Below, one piece after another: positions 48,468 to 62,658 of a DNA stretch of 64,000 bases. The notes below the pieces were generated by a model. It saw nothing but the letters and a program-made list of their open reading frames with translations. It did not search any database and was not told the origin of the DNA. The position numbers were made by a program, and so were the translations under genes. Position 1 is the first letter of the stretch. The number at the start of each line of letters is the position of its first letter. Location: assembly GCF_902713615.1 (NCBI RefSeq), contig NW_024055500.1:1-64000 (forward strand), read 5' to 3'. Source of the DNA: Scyliorhinus canicula (taxonomy: Eukaryota).

Positions 48468-50342
48468 AATTTGCAACAACTCTGGGTCTCTATCCAATTA
48501 AAACAATAACTTATAATTTATCAGAAGAATTGTTCTCGAATTCTGTAACTAAATACGGGCAATGCATAAAGTGATTCGATTTAAATGGTGCACAACTATC
48601 ATTAAACAATGTAGGTCTGGGGACAAGAAGAAACTCTAACATTACACAATGTCTCTCTTTACATTTCTCGAACTGCCCCTGAGCCTCAGACAGTCCTGTG
48701 AACATTAGTGGTAAAATAAGCCGCTTGCCTGATAATTCAGCAGTGAGTTGACAGAGAAACATAAAATTCACACCAGCTTTTCACAGAGAAGTTAATGAAT
48801 CAGAACGGACACGGCGATCAGCAAAGTTATCATTCAGCATCTAAATCATTGCAGCTAATTTTACTGACCACAGGCTGTCTAACATTAACTGGTGTTGGGA
48901 ACACAGGATATTAGGACTTTGCGGCAGATTATACAATATCACAGGAATAAATGTTTTATCTTCCACTGAAGCAGGTCATGAACTGATCATTTCTCCACTT
49001 ATTGGCAGCAATGAGGGACTGTTAAATAATGGAATTCAGCACAAATTAAACTGTACAGAACACGGTGCTAATCAGGTATAAGAGACGCCCCCGTTTAAAT
49101 GAGGTCAACAACTCGGAGAATATTCCAGGAATTCCGCCGGGTTTTGAACACTTTTATGATTTTTTAAAAATTTCAACTTATATTTTTTGCAATTCCCCTC
49201 ATCTTATTGGGCTTGTGGATTGGGCCCATCAACACCACTCACTCTCACTTCATTAGGTTCTTCACAAACGGACTTTCATAACTAGAGTGACCTTTACTCG
49301 GAACTTATATAAATTAAATAGCACGAGTCAATTTACTATTTTCCGATCATGTTTAATCTAAGTGTGAACAGAACATTCACTGAATATATTTATTTAGATG
49401 GAACACCATTTAAAACGTTTAGTTCATGTGCGACTGAAACATTTATTGTTTGAATGGATAAATCCCATTTAATCCATTCATATTCAGGTTAATCTGCCCC
49501 ACACAGTATTTGGCAGCAATCCAGCCGCCTGCAGTCAGGGAGGTTCGAATGTTCAATGTTGTTTACAGGAAGCATCTGGATTTTTTTCAGAGATCTGTTG
49601 GCTCAGTACTTCAAACTCGTAACATTGTCAATTAGAACTATTTATAAACCAATCTACCCAGCAACAGTACTGGAGATCATTTTATGTTTTAAATTGTGAA
49701 CCTATTTGTACTGTTCCCATCTCTATGGAAAGGATTTGTAGCCCCTCTTAGCAGCAATGTCCCGCTGGAGGATATCTCCCACATCTCATAACATTGTGAT
49801 GACTGATAGAAATACAATCAGACTATCAGACAGAGGGTCCATTTGTAACAGACCAACATGTATATTCATGTTTTCCCCCTATATACTTTCATGGATTGTG
49901 GGACTCAATACAAGACCCTGCCCCGAATTACTCTTGAACTGAGCGGTTTGCTTTGCCAGTTCAGAATGAACGGAAGAGTCAGAAATGTTGCTGTCCGACT
50001 GGAGCCTGATGTAGGTGAAGCCAGGGAGGGATGACAGATTTCCTTCATTGGTGAAACAGAGCGGATTTCATGTAATATGTATTCCAAATTTATTAAGTGG
50101 AATCAAATCCCCCCCCCGCCGACTATGGTGGGATTTGTACCCGGGCATTTTTATTGCTGGCCCAATAACATTAATACTGCATCACCATCCACCCAAAATA
50201 TAAAGGGGTCACTGATTTGATGTCGAGATGAGTGTTAGTTGGATGCCTGAATATTGTGATTGAGGAATCAGTGAATGGGGTTGATGGATGGATGGATAAA
50301 TGGCCCTGAAAGATGCTGTTCTACATTCTCAGTTTTGCTCTT

Positions 50343-53128
50343 GATTGGATTGGATTGGATTGGATTGGATTTGTTTATTGTCACGTGTACCGAGGTACAG
50401 TGAAAAGTATTTTTCTGCAAGCAGCTCAACAGATCATTCAGTACATTGGAAGAAAGGGAATTGAACAGAATTCAAGAAAGTACATGAGAATACATAATAG
50501 GGCTACACAATATATACAATGTAACTACATAAGCATTGGCATCGGATGAAGCAGACAGGGTGTAGTATTAATGAGGACAGTCCATAAAAGGGTCGTTTAG
50601 GAGTCTGGTGACAGTGGGGAAGAAGCTGTTTTTGAGACTGTTCGTCCGTGTTCTCAGACTTCTGAATCTCCTGCCCGATGGAAGAAGTTGGAAAAGTGAG
50701 TAAGCCGGGTGGGAGGGATCCTTGATTATGCTGCCTGCTTTCCCCCGGCAGCGGGAGGTGTAGATGGAATCGATGGATGGGAGGCAGGTTCGTGTGATGG
50801 ACTGGGCGGTATTCACGACTCTCTGAAGTTCCTTGCGGTCCTGGGCCGAGCAGTTGCCATACCAGGCTGTGATGCAGCCCGAGAGGATGCTCTCTATAGT
50901 GCATCTGTAAAAGTTGGTAAGGGTTAATGTGGACATGCCAAATTTCCTTAGTTTCCTGAGGAAGTAAAGGCGCTGTTGTGCTTTCTTGGTGATAGCGTCG
51001 ACATGAGTGGACCAGGATAGATTTTTGGTGATGTGCACCCCTAGGAATTTGAAGCTGCTCACCATCTCTACCTCAGCTCCGTTGATGCTGACAGGGGTGT
51101 GTACAGTACTATGCTTCCTGAAGTCGATGACCAGCTCTTTAGTTTTGCTGGCATTAAGGGAGAGATTGTTGTCATTGCACCACTCCACTAGGTTCTCTAT
51201 CTCCCTCCTGTATTCATACTCGTCGTTGTTCGAGATCCGGCCCACTATGGTCGTATCGTCAGCAAACTTGTAGATGGAGTTGGAACCAAGTTTTGCCATG
51301 CAGTCGTGTGTGTACAGGGAGTAGAGTAGGGGGCTAAGTACGCAGCCTTGCGGGGCACCGGTGTTGAGGACTATTGTGGAGGAGGTGTTGGTGTTCATTC
51401 TTACTGACTGTGGTCTGTTGGTCAGAAAGTCAAGGATCCAGTTGCAGAGTGGAGAGCCAAGTCCTAAGTTTTGGAGCTTTAATATGAGCTTGGCTGGGAT
51501 TATGGTGTTGAAGGCGGAGCTGTAGTCAATAAATAGCAGTCTGATGTAGGAGTCCTTGTTTTCGAGATGCTCTAGGGATGAGTGTAAGGCCAGGGAAATG
51601 GCATCTGATGTGGACCGGTTGCGACGGTATGCGAATTGAAGTGGGTCAAGGCATTCCGGGAGTATGGAGGTGATGCGCTTCATGATCAGCCTCTCAAAGC
51701 ACTTCATTACAACTGACGTCAGGGCCACCGGGCGGTAGTCATTGAGGCACGTTGCCTGGTTCTTCTTTGGTACCGGTATGATGGTGGTCTTCTTGAAGCA
51801 GGTGGGGACCTCGGAGTGGAGTAGGGATAGGTTAAAGATGTCTGTGAAAACCTCTGCCAGCTGGTCCACGCAGGTTCTGAGTGCACGACCAGGGAGCCCG
51901 TCCGGGTCCATCGCCTTCCGTGGGTTCACTTTCAGGAAGGCCGATCTGACTTCGGAAACTGTAATGGTGGGTATGGGTGAATTATGGGTTGCTGGGGCAC
52001 TCGATAGCGGGTTATTGGTTACCTGCTCAAACCGAGCATAGAATGCGTTAAGTTCATCGGGGAGGGGTGCACTGCTGCCAGAGATACTGCTCGGCTTCGC
52101 TTTGTAGCCCGTTATGTTGCTTAGTCCTTGCCACAACCGCCGAGAGTCTGTCTGTGACTCTAGCTTAGTTTGATATTCTCTCTTGGCATCTCGGATGGCT
52201 TTGCGGAGGTCGTACCTGGATTTCTTGTATAGGACAGGGTCGTCTGCCTTGAACGCTTCAGCTCTGTCCTTCAGTAGGGAGTCAATCTCGCGGTTGAGCC
52301 ATGGTTTCCGGTTGGGGAACGTACGTACTGCTTTCTTTGGCACGCAGTCGTCCACACATTTGCTGATGAAGTCTGTCATGGTGGTGACATACTCATTTAA
52401 GTTAGTCGCTGAGTTATTAAATATGGACCAGTCCACTGTCTCCAAGCAGTCACGTAAGAGCTCTTCTGTCTCCTCAGACCAGCACTGCACAACCTTCTTA
52501 GCTGGATTCTCCCGCTTGAGTTTCTGCTTGTAAGCCGGGAGAAGGAGCACAGTCTTATGGTCTGATTTCCCAAAGTGCGGTCGGGGGATGGAACGGTAGG
52601 CGCCCTTGATTTTTGAGTAGCAGTGGTCAAGAGTGTTGTCGCCCCGGGTGGTACAGGCGATGTGCTGGTGGAATTTTGGCAGTACACTCTTGAGGTTGGC
52701 TTTGTTGAAGTCTCCGGCCACAATGAACAGGGCCTCCGGGTGTTCTGTTTCATGGTTGTTTATGACTGTGTACAGTTCATCCAGCGCCTTCCTCACTTCT
52801 GCCTGGGGTGGGATGTAGACCGCTGTGATAACGGCTGAAGTGAACTCACGTGGAAGATAGTATGGGCGGCACGTTACGGTCAGGTATTCCAGGTCTGGGG
52901 AGCAGTAGGTTGCCAGGGTCACCACATCCAAGCACCAGGAGGAGTTGATGAGGAGGCAAACCCCTCCACCCTTCGCTTTGCCGGAAGATGCCGTGCGGTC
53001 CGCCCGGTGAATAGAGAAGCCTTCAGGTTGTATGGCACAGTCCGGTGAGGCGGGGGTGAGCCATGTCTCTGTGAAACAGAGCACGCAGCAGTCTCTTACT
53101 TCCCTCTGAGAGGTAAGTCTGGCGTTAA
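50343..53128 (-). mobile_element. Rex1/Babar-clade LINE, slightly 5'-truncated
   Basis: RDCCVLCFTETWL, HRADRT..GKAKGGGVC, GAPQGCVLSPLLYSLYT, KFADD; (AATCC)n 3' tail at 50343-50371. Confidence 0.88.
50568..53084 (-). CDS. Rex1-like endonuclease / reverse transcriptase, open 838-aa frame
   Basis: ORF track; the frame stays open upstream to about 53128. Confidence 0.88.
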   Translation of the reverse strand: MLCFTETWLTPASPDCAIQPEGFSIHRADRTASSGKAKGGGVCLLINSSWCLDVVTLATYCSPDLEYLTVTCRPYYLPREFTSAVITAVYIPPQAEVRKALDELYTVINNHETEHPEALFIVAGDFNKANLKSVLPKFHQHIACTTRGDNTLDHCYSKIKGAYRSIPRPHFGKSDHKTVLLLPAYKQKLKRENPAKKVVQCWSEETEELLRDCLETVDWSIFNNSATNLNEYVTTMTDFISKCVDDCVPKKAVRTFPNRKPWLNREIDSLLKDRAEAFKADDPVLYKKSRYDLRKAIRDAKREYQTKLESQTDSRRLWQGLSNITGYKAKPSSISGSSAPLPDELNAFYARFEQVTNNPLSSAPATHNSPIPTITVSEVRSAFLKVNPRKAMDPDGLPGRALRTCVDQLAEVFTDIFNLSLLHSEVPTCFKKTTIIPVPKKNQATCLNDYRPVALTSVVMKCFERLIMKRITSILPECLDPLQFAYRRNRSTSDAISLALHSSLEHLENKDSYIRLLFIDYSSAFNTIIPAKLILKLQNLGLGSPLCNWILDFLTNRPQSVRMNTNTSSTIVLNTGAPQGCVLSPLLYSLYTHDCMAKLGSNSIYKFADDTTIVGRISNNDEYEYRREIENLVEWCNDNNLSLNASKTKELVIDFRKHSTVHTPVSINGAEVEMVSSFKFLGVHITKNLSWSTHVDAITKKAQQRLYFLRKLRKFGMSTLTLTNFYRCTIESILSGCITAWYGNCSAQDRKELQRVVNTAQSITRTCLPSIDSIYTSRCRGKAGSIIKDPSHPAYSLFQLLPSGRRFRSLRTRTNSLKNSFFPTVTRLLNDPFMDCPH

Positions 53129-55179
53129 ATTCACAAATTACACAAATTAAAGTTGGTCCTTTATAATTTGTATCGCCTGATACATTCGGTGGCTGAAGCC
53201 TTTCTGGGTGAATTTCCTCCCCAGACTATCGGGAACTGACGAACTGGACGTCACTAAGAGGAAACTGGAGATATTCCTGCGGTGCTGGTGATTCTTCTCT
53301 GCTGATGGTGAATCGTCATCTCAAAGACAGAAAGCGGGAACGTGATTACATTGTGGAGGACGGTTGTAATATTTGGAGCATGAGGTCATTTCATGTACAA
53401 CAAGTCACTCAAGATGTCCCTACCCAAATTAATGAAGACACCAGACTAAAAACATATTAATGTGAAAACAGAAATACTGTGAAACTCAGTGGACAGCTGT
53501 AAATGTTGAATTACTTTCCAAAGCAGTGTAATAACAAATTGGGAAGTAAAGATTCATTAACCGGCACTTTAAAAATCATCTCACACTCTAGTCTGGCGAT
53601 TCTGTGTGACGATGAGGTGATTACTGACCAATGCAGCGCAGAGGCTGCTGGGTAGCTGCACATTATCCTCGGTGTGGTTTAATTCTATTTCACATTGAAT
53701 TCCGGTGTAGATGCGACTTCCTGGTGACAGAATGGTCAATGCTATCTCAATTAAATTTAATCTCAATAAATTATGTCAAACACACAAAAAAGGAATTAGG
53801 AGCAGAAATAGGCAATTTCATGCCTGCTCCTTCATGCCTCCTTCGAGCCTGCTCCGCCATTCAATCATCATGGCTGATCTCTTCGTGGTCTCAAATCCAC
53901 CTCCCTTAAATGAATTGTATTTACATTTTGTAAAAGAAAGTGCGGATCATAATTGGTGAATGGAACTTTTTATGTTGTGTTGATGATAATTGAATAATAT
54001 CATTATTTAACTTTGTGACTTGTGACAATTGGTGATATTCGCCACGGAATTGCTAAATAATGACCATTTCCAGCAAAATAGAATCTAACCATCGCTCCTT
54101 GACATTCACTGATATTGTCATCGCTGAATTCCCCAAGATCAACACACTGGGGTTACCATTGACCAGAAACTGTACTGGACTGACCATATAAATGCTGAGG
54201 CTACAAGATCCGATCAGCGTTCAGGAAGCCTGCGGCGAGCAACTCACCTCCTGACTCCCAAAGCCTGTTCACCATCTACAAAGCATAAGCCAGGAGTGTA
54301 ATTGAATACTCTCCCGTTGCCTTGCTGGGTGCAGCTCCAACAAAATTCAAGAAGCTCGACACCATCCAGGCCAAAGAAGCTTTATTGTCACCCCATGGGC
54401 AAACACTCATTCCATCCACCTCCGGCGAATAATGGCAATAATGTACCATCCATAAGATGCACTGCAGGAACGAGCAAATCTCCTTTCGAAACACCTTCTG
54501 AACCCAGGACCATATCCTTCTAGAAGGAAAAGGCAGCTGATACATGGTAAGATCACCACCTGGAAAGTCCCCTCCAAATCATTCGCTATCCTAACTTGGA
54601 AATATATCACCGAATCTTCGCTGTCGCTGGTTCAAAAGTCTAGAACTCCCTCCCTAACAACATCGTCGATGTACCTACACCAGAGTGACTGCAGAGGTTC
54701 AAACAAGCAGTTCACTGCCTCTTTGTGAAAGGCAATTAGCGATGGACAATAAATCATGGCCTAGCCCTCGATGCCCACACTGTATAACTTCATTTAAAAC
54801 AGGACTTTGTGGAACGATGGCAATTGGTGAATCTAATCGTTTATATTCATAAATTAATGAAAATTGGTGAATCTAATTGCTATGTTTCTGAACATTTATG
54901 GCCTGCGCCTTCTTTGCTGGAAGGTATAAGCCATCCCACAGGAGATTCATGATGTAAAATCATAACCAATATCGGAAAACAAAATGGACAGATGAGACTG
55001 CAGCAACTATTGACATATCTCACTCACAGCATCACTGGGAAGGCCTTTGCTGGCTTCACACTTTACACTTAACACTTCATCTGCTTGCAGGCGGAATGTT
55101 GCTGGAAGAAAGGTGCTGTGTTTGTGTCGCAAGATTTGCTCTGGGCATGATCTGCTCTTTCTGCCACATGTTTTCATTG

Positions 55180-55415
55180 AATTTACAGTGCAGAAGGAGG
55201 CCATTCAGCCCATAGAGTCTGCACCGGCTCTTGGAAAGAGCACCCTATCCCCATAACCCAGTAACCCCACCCAACACTAAGGGCAATTTTGGACACTAAG
55301 GGCAATTTTCAGTGGCCAATCCACCTAACCTGCACATCTTTGGACTATGGGAGGAAACCGGAGCACCCGGAGGAAACCCACGCATACATGGGAAGGATGT
55401 GCAGACTCCGCACAT
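55180..55415 (-). mobile_element. HE1/V-SINE
   Basis: gaaggaggccattcagccc...cacatctttggactatgggaggaaaccggagcacccggaggaaaccc. Confidence 0.8.
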
Positions 55416-58175
55416 GTCTACCTCTTCACCTTACTTTCATCAATTTCAATAAACATTCGACACTGTCGGTGGGCTGGTGTGAACCACCAGGACCAGTGGA
55501 TTTAGCAGCTTTGAAATAGACACAAACCGAGAAAACGACAACCCAGATCGACAATTGGGCGCTTCATGTGCAACATTTGTGGAAATATTTGCTGTGTATC
55601 TATTGAAATAGAAGGATGCCGTGGCCGTTGTGAGATTTGTACGCAATATGTGTTTCACACAAACACAGCCACACACACACAGTCCCTCACACACACATTA
55701 TCTGTTTTACACGCACACACACATTGCCCCTTTAACATTTATGTCCCTTGTTAACTTCCTGGGAAGCTTCAGACACAATGGCCCCAACCATTTTGCAGGT
55801 GGTATAATCAATCAATAAACTCTCCCCAACACTATGGTTGTGAGATGAATGTTACATTTCCCATGGACTCCATACAACGCCCAGGTAAACATTCCTCTAT
55901 TTAACAAAGATGAACAAAAGTGCATGACCAGGAATTGAGCCGCTTTGCTCTGGTGCTGATCTCAATGTGGGAGAATCAGCCACCGACACCTGAAATTAGT
56001 TACACCTTAAATTTTGGCACCTCCTGTAGAAGGCGATGTGATATTACATTTGTGCAAATGGATTATGGATACATCAACATCATGGATTATACCTGACAAC
56101 AACATTTTCACAGCAACTGCAATTGCAAAGTTTGGCCAGCAGATGGAATTTAAATCCAGATGCCTTGCATTACACGAAGCAGGCATTGCCTCAATAATTA
56201 CTGCACTGATCGCTGTCTGTATTTTTGTTAGACTAGACTCTGTCTTTGTTTATAATACAGGACACTCTGTTTCAATTAATACTGCACCAGTACTTGTCAA
56301 TGTTTATATCACACAATCAATGCGATCCTATTTTCAATATACAGGATCTGTCTCTGCAGTTTTGCCACATCCAGTCCTGAATAGTAATGAATAACTAAAC
56401 AAAAGGCCAGAATACGAGCCTCAATAAAATTCCCCTCTTCAATGATGCGGGAGCCCAGCACGTCAGTGCAAAAAACAGGACTGAAAGTTTCTGCCAGAGG
56501 TGCCGAGAGGATGGTCCATCGCGGCCTCCTCCGGTGGTCTGCATCATCATGGATGTCAGTCTTCAGCAAATTTGATTCACTCCACACGATATCAAGAAAC
56601 GGCTGACGGCGCTGCTAATGCATTATCCCTGGCAACATTCTAGCAGCAATACTGAAGATGTATGGCCTGGAACTGGCTGCGCCGCAGACAAGTTGCTCCA
56701 GTGCAGGTATAGCACTGACATGTACCCAACAATGTGTAACATTGCCAAACATGACCCGTCCACAAAAGGCAGGAAAAATCCAACCGGCCAATTATTAGCC
56801 CACCGGTCCGCATTTGATCATCAGCAACTTCATGAAAAGTGTCAAGGAGAATCCTGTCACGTATAGTGTCCTAGCATAGTGCCTCCGACCCTAGCTTCAC
56901 CCTTCATCATAAGGTCAGAAGTGGGGATGTTCGTTGATGATTACCCAATGTTCTGCACCATATTCGATTCCTCAAGTACTGAAGCAGTCTGTCTTCATTT
57001 ACAGTAAGACTTGGACAACATTCAGGCTTGGGCTGACATGTGTCAGGCAATGACCACCCCAAAAATAGAGATGCTAACCAACTCCCCTTGATTTTAAATG
57101 ACACTACCTTGATTGAATCCCCCACCATCATTAGCATTGATGAAAAACTGAACTGGAAGAACAATTTCAATAATGTGGCTACAAGAGCAGGTCAGTGGCT
57201 GGAGATTTTACGGTGAGTTACTCACCTCCTGAGTTCCCAACCCCTACTCATCATCTAGAAGGCAGAAGTCAGGAGTTTAACTGAATATTCTCCATTTGTC
57301 TGAAGTGCGCTCCTCAAGCAACACTCGAGAATCTCAACGCCACCCAGGACAAAGCGGCCGACTCGAGGAAAACCCCATCCACCAGCTGAAACATTCACTC
57401 CCTGCATCACGGGTGTACAATTCTAGCAGCGTGAGCGATATATGAGGATGTACTGCAGCAACTGCCTCCTTCTATACCACCTTCCAAACCCACGAACTCA
57501 GGCATTTAAAAGGACCAGGCCCGACAGACGCATTGTAACAGCAAAACCTGCAAGTTCCCCGCCAAGCCTCACACCATCTTCATAGATTTCATGGAATTTA
57601 CTGTGCAGAAGATGGGACCTATATCTCTTTACTGTCACTGGTCAAAATCCTGGAACTCCCTTCCTATCAGCTCTGTGGGTGGACCTGCTCAGAATGGAAT
57701 GCAATGGTTCAATAAGCGGGTTCAACACCACATTCCCAAGTGCAATTAGGAATTGGCATCAAATGCTGACGTTACTGGTGACACCAAGATGCCATTAAAT
57801 CATTTTAAACATATCTCTCAGCTTACTTTCACCTGACCCCCGCCTCTGTTTACATTACACTCGCCGTGTCTCTGTCACATTACAGCAGGTCCTGTCTCAG
57901 TTTCCCTGCACTCGGCTGAATATCAGTTGTTAATATACAGGCCCACGCCCTGTTTATGTTACAAATCATTAATAATAACTGCACTGAATCATGTCTCGGT
58001 TAGTCTGACACGAAACACGTCACAATGGTTACAGCATCAGAACGTTTATCTGTGCATCGTAAACTGGAACAACATTCTGTTTGCATCACGTAGTTCGGTC
58101 TCAGCTGTTAATAGTTATCAAAAAGACAAGAACTCAGTTTATATTGCACTAGACCCAGTTTCTGATTATGTTATC

Positions 58176-58480
58176 GGCGGCACGGTGGCACAGTGGGTAG
58201 CACTGCTGCTTCATAGCTCCAGGGTTCAATTCTTGACGATCCGTGTGGAGTTTGCACTTTCTCCCTGTGTCTGAGTGGCTTTCCTCCGGATGCTCCTGTT
58301 TCCCTCCCATAATCCAAAAATATGCAGGTTAGGTTTATTGGCCATTCTAAATTGTCCCTTAGTGTCCAGGGATGCGCAGGTCATGTTGCAAGGGCAGGGG
58401 ATTGGGGAAGGTGTTCTTTCAGAGGTCGGGGCAGATGCTATGGGCCGAGTGGCCTTCTGCCCTGTAGGGATTCTATATTT
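58176..58480 (+). mobile_element. HE1/V-SINE
   Basis: ggcggcacggtggcacagtgggtagcactgctgc...V-domain...atgggccgagtggcc. Confidence 0.8.
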
Positions 58481-59959
58481 GATCCTGAATCTGCCTATTT
58501 TTCTCCGAGACCTGCTCACTTTTATTAATGCACCAGATGATGCCTCTGTTTTGAATTGTGGGCGCATTATTCCACATGTCTTTGAGATGGAAAGATAATA
58601 TAATAAATACTTATTTTGGACAAGAAATCAGTATATGGCAACAATCTGCAACGGACGGAAGTGTATACTGTGTATGCTATGCAACATTTGATATTCATTT
58701 TCAGTGCAGTCAGCAGAATTAGATTTCAGATATAAATTCTTCTTTGCCGGTGCCCAAGACCAATTCCTACCCCAGAGAGTTGGATGTGTAGGAGGATGCA
58801 GAGTTTTGTGTTCCCATGTCCTTGTTGCCCTTGTGATTCTCGGAGGTCTCGGGTATGGAAGGTGCTGTTGAAGATGGGGCTGGTTTAGCACTGGGCTAAA
58901 TAGCTGGCTTTTAAAGCAGACCAAGGCATGCCAGCAGCATTGTTCAATTCCCGTACCAGCCTCTCTGAACATGCGCCGGAATGTGGCGACTAGGAGCTTT
59001 TCACAATAACTTAATTGAAGCCTACTTGTGACAATAAGCGATTTTCATCTCATTTCATTTCATTGCAAGAAATTTTGGCGAGTTTCTGCAGTGCATCCCG
59101 TCGATGTTACACAATGCAGCTACTGTGTGTCTGGTGCCAAGAGAATGAATGTGGCTGTACCACTAGGTTCTGTCTCAGTTATTTATCTAATGGTCCTTTG
59201 TTAATGTTACACAATTACAACTATTCCATTCCTTGCTTCTATTGCACTAGGCCCAGGCAATAGGAGTTAAGTAGTACAATTTGAAGTGGGTGCAAGAAGA
59301 TCAGAGAGATCTGCGGTTGTGTGTTGATGCATCTAGGATGCTGACAAGACAGATTATGACGTTTATCTGGACATAGATCTGCATTGCTCGCTAAAGAATT
59401 TTACATTTTCACTGTTCCCTCAGTCTTTTTTAATCTTCACAATTCCACATCAGCCACTTTCCATATTATTGTGCATGGTCTACCGCAGCAATTACTGAGG
59501 CCGGCTCCAATGTAATATGAACAGAGATATGGCCCAGTGCAGAACTGAGGCTGTATCTAATGTAATACAAACAGAGACAGGTTTAAATTAATAGAAACAG
59601 TGTCAGGTTCTAGGTTAATTTAAAGAGAGACAATCAGGGTCCATAAGATATTGGAGCAGAATTAGGCCATTCGACACATCGAGACTGCTCCGCCATTAAA
59701 TTATGGCCAATATGTTCCTAATCCCCATTCTTCTGCCTTCTCCCAATAACTCCTGAACGCCTTATTGATCAAGACATGTCCTCTAATTGGTGGCCTAGTT
59801 TAATATGAACAAACAGAAATAGGTCCTTATTTAATATAAACTAATATAAATGGTACAGGGTTGTAGAACAAAAACGGAGACGGGCTCACGGCCTGGTGCA
59901 ATACAGAGGCAGGGCCTACTGTCCCTTCAAACACTCGCAGGACTGGTGCATCACAGGTT

Positions 59960-60470
59960 GGAGACAAAGAGAAACTCCCTTACACTGTCCCCATCAAACA
60001 TTCTCAGAGCAGCTGCAGATTGTTTAGATATAGAATTAAATTCCCTCTACATAACTCGCTCAAACACATTAAAGGCCGAGAAACCAAGAGTTCGATACCA
60101 GGCAAAACCTCTTCTGCACTCTTCCTTCAGAGATCTCCCAGACAGATTGACAGTGAGGTTAGTTACTGGGTAAAGAAATCTCTGCATTTTCCCATCAAAC
60201 CCACCCAGGTCAGGTACAGCACAGTTCAGATACGGAGTAAATCTCCATGTGCACAGTCATATCAAACACTCACAGGGCAGGTTCAGTGCAGGTTACATGC
60301 AAGTAAACTTGCTCTGCACTCTTCAGTCAAATGCTCCAAGGTCTCGGCAGCTGGATTAAGTGCAACGAAAGATTCTTCGGCCCTGCCACATCAGATCCTC
60401 AACCACCATGTGCAGCCTAGATCAGATATAGAAGAAACTTGTCTCTACAGTTCTCATTAAACACTCCAAG
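59960..60470. repeat. Old diverged minisatellite, ~65-bp unit
   Basis: Recurring cccatcaaacac...caggtacagcac...ttagatayagagtaaa..ctccctctaca. Confidence 0.65.
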
Positions 60471-62658
60471 ATCATTGAATGCTCCAACCTCATTTTAGCG
60501 TAAAACTCCCTCGACGGATTCCAATACATTGGATTCGATGCATTTAGTTGGAAGCCAACGGGGTGAGTTCGGGCTGAGAGGGCTGGTTTAGCTCAGTGGG
60601 CTAGACAGCTGGTTTGTGATGCAGAACATGGCCAGCAGCGCGGGTTCAATTCCCGTTCCAGCTCACCTGAACAGGCGCCGGAATGTGGCGACTCGGGGCT
60701 TTTCACAGTAAAATTGTTATTAGTGTTGGCCACATGTCGATTAAAGACAATGACCCTTCGTGGAGAGACATGAGATAGAACCAGAGAAAGACACAAAGAG
60801 AGATAGGATACAGGACATTTCTACTAACACACTTGGCATGCCCTTATATTTAGAGATTAGAGGGAATATTTCCTAATTATGAACATGGATATCATCATGA
60901 CATTTTTCTCATATAACTGATGAATAAAAAAATGTCGAAAAACAAACACTACTGGAATTCGTTGATCTATTTGCATCATTGGCTCTATTTCTGTGCGGTG
61001 TTGGTGGGGAAACATTTGTTTTGCTTTTCTCAGTCTGCAATCTAATCTAGATCTTCTATTTCTGTGTCTATTTACATAAACACCTCACTGGTCACAATGA
61101 AGTGTTCATGTCAGCAAAATGAGATAAACACAGTCACTTATTGATTAGTTTTAACTCAAAATAGCGGGTTATTTTAAGAATATTGACAGTAGGTTAAAAT
61201 GAATAGAAACTTCCATTAGAACAGATGTTACTTAACTGAAATAAAAAATACAATAAATTAAGTATTCATTCTGAAAGTTCTGATGCCTCAATTAATAAAG
61301 CATCTTTAACCAGCTACTTTCCCACTGAATGTTAATTTGATTGAAATATTAACCGATTTAAAGTAGATAGATTAAAACATCAAGCAGAGGAGTGATCTAT
61401 AGTCACATCAATCTCAGATCTTTCAACATATTACAACCAGCATTTTAAAAATGTTAACATTTGGAAAGAGCTTGCTTTTGTAAAACACTTTATGCGACCT
61501 TAGGTCATACCAATGCCCTTAAAACTCACTGATATATTTTTGCTGAATTTAGTCGCTGCTCTGATGTTGGAAACAGAGCAGGGAATTTGCGCACAGCAAA
61601 CTCCCACAAATGGAGATGGGATAAGTGACCAGCTCATTTGTGATTTTAGATGAAGAACGGACATTGGTCCAAGATACTGGGGAAAGCAGTTCTGCCCTTT
61701 AGAATTATATCAGTGAGGTAATCCACCTGAAATGTGAATCTGTTCCTCTCTCTGTTGATGCTCACTGTCCTGCTGAGCAGCCTTTTTTGTTGTTTTTGTT
61801 TTAGATTTCCAGAATCTGCAGCACTTTGCACAGTTTTGGATTTATTCTCGCCATATGGCCATCAGTGACAAAGTCAGCATTAACTGTCCATCCTGAGAAG
61901 CCGAATGTGAACCACTTTTTGATAAGGTGCACTTCGAGCAATTTTATTCGCATTTGACTTACTGTAGCAGCTTCCCTTCAACTGACTTGCTTGCTCGGCA
62001 GTATCAGAGATAGCCACATCATTGTTGAAATAGAGACACATATAGGCCAGACAGAGTAAGGAGGGAAGCTTTCTTCTCCTGAAGGATGCTGGTGAACCTG
62101 CTGGGCTTTGCGAACTTTCAATAGCTTCGAAAGTATTATAAATGACGCAACAATTACTGGCTGATTGATTAAGTCATTCAATTGAAAGTCTCTAAAGCTG
62201 CCATAAAACCATAAGATTTGGAGCAGAACTTGGCCATTCGGCCCATATAATATGATCTACCATTCAATGAAATCGTTGCAAATCTGGTAAAATCCTCAAC
62301 TCCACATTTCCACTTTATCCCCATTACCCTTGATTCCCTTACTGATTAACAATATCTGTCTCAGCCTTGAACATATTTATTGACCAGGCGAACTCTCTCC
62401 GGCAAATGATTCTATAGAAGCACTACATTCTGAGAGAAGAAATTCCTCTTCATCCTCGTCTGAAATGAGTGGCACCTTACTCTGAGATTGTGCCCTTTGG
62501 TCCTAGACTCTCCCAAAAGAGGGAACAATCTCCAGTTTATACACTGTCAAGCCCCCTGAGAATACTATATATCTCAGTAACTTCGCCTCTGATTCTTCTA
62601 AACTCCAATTCGTGTAGGCCTAACCCACTTAAGCTCTCCCCATTTCAGTCTCTGTGGT

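Noticed and set aside
53280-53320. RFTISRE...YLQ peptide on the minus strand resembling VH FR3
   Set aside because: Stop immediately upstream, wrong spacing, no YYC, no RSS and no FR1/FR2; likely chance.
53581-53766. Possible second TM-type exon (...ELNHTEDNV...)
   Set aside because: No hydrophobic CART segment and no upstream C exons.
60969-60976. Perfect octamer ATTTGCAT
   Set aside because: Isolated and 15 kb from VH; expected by chance at this frequency.
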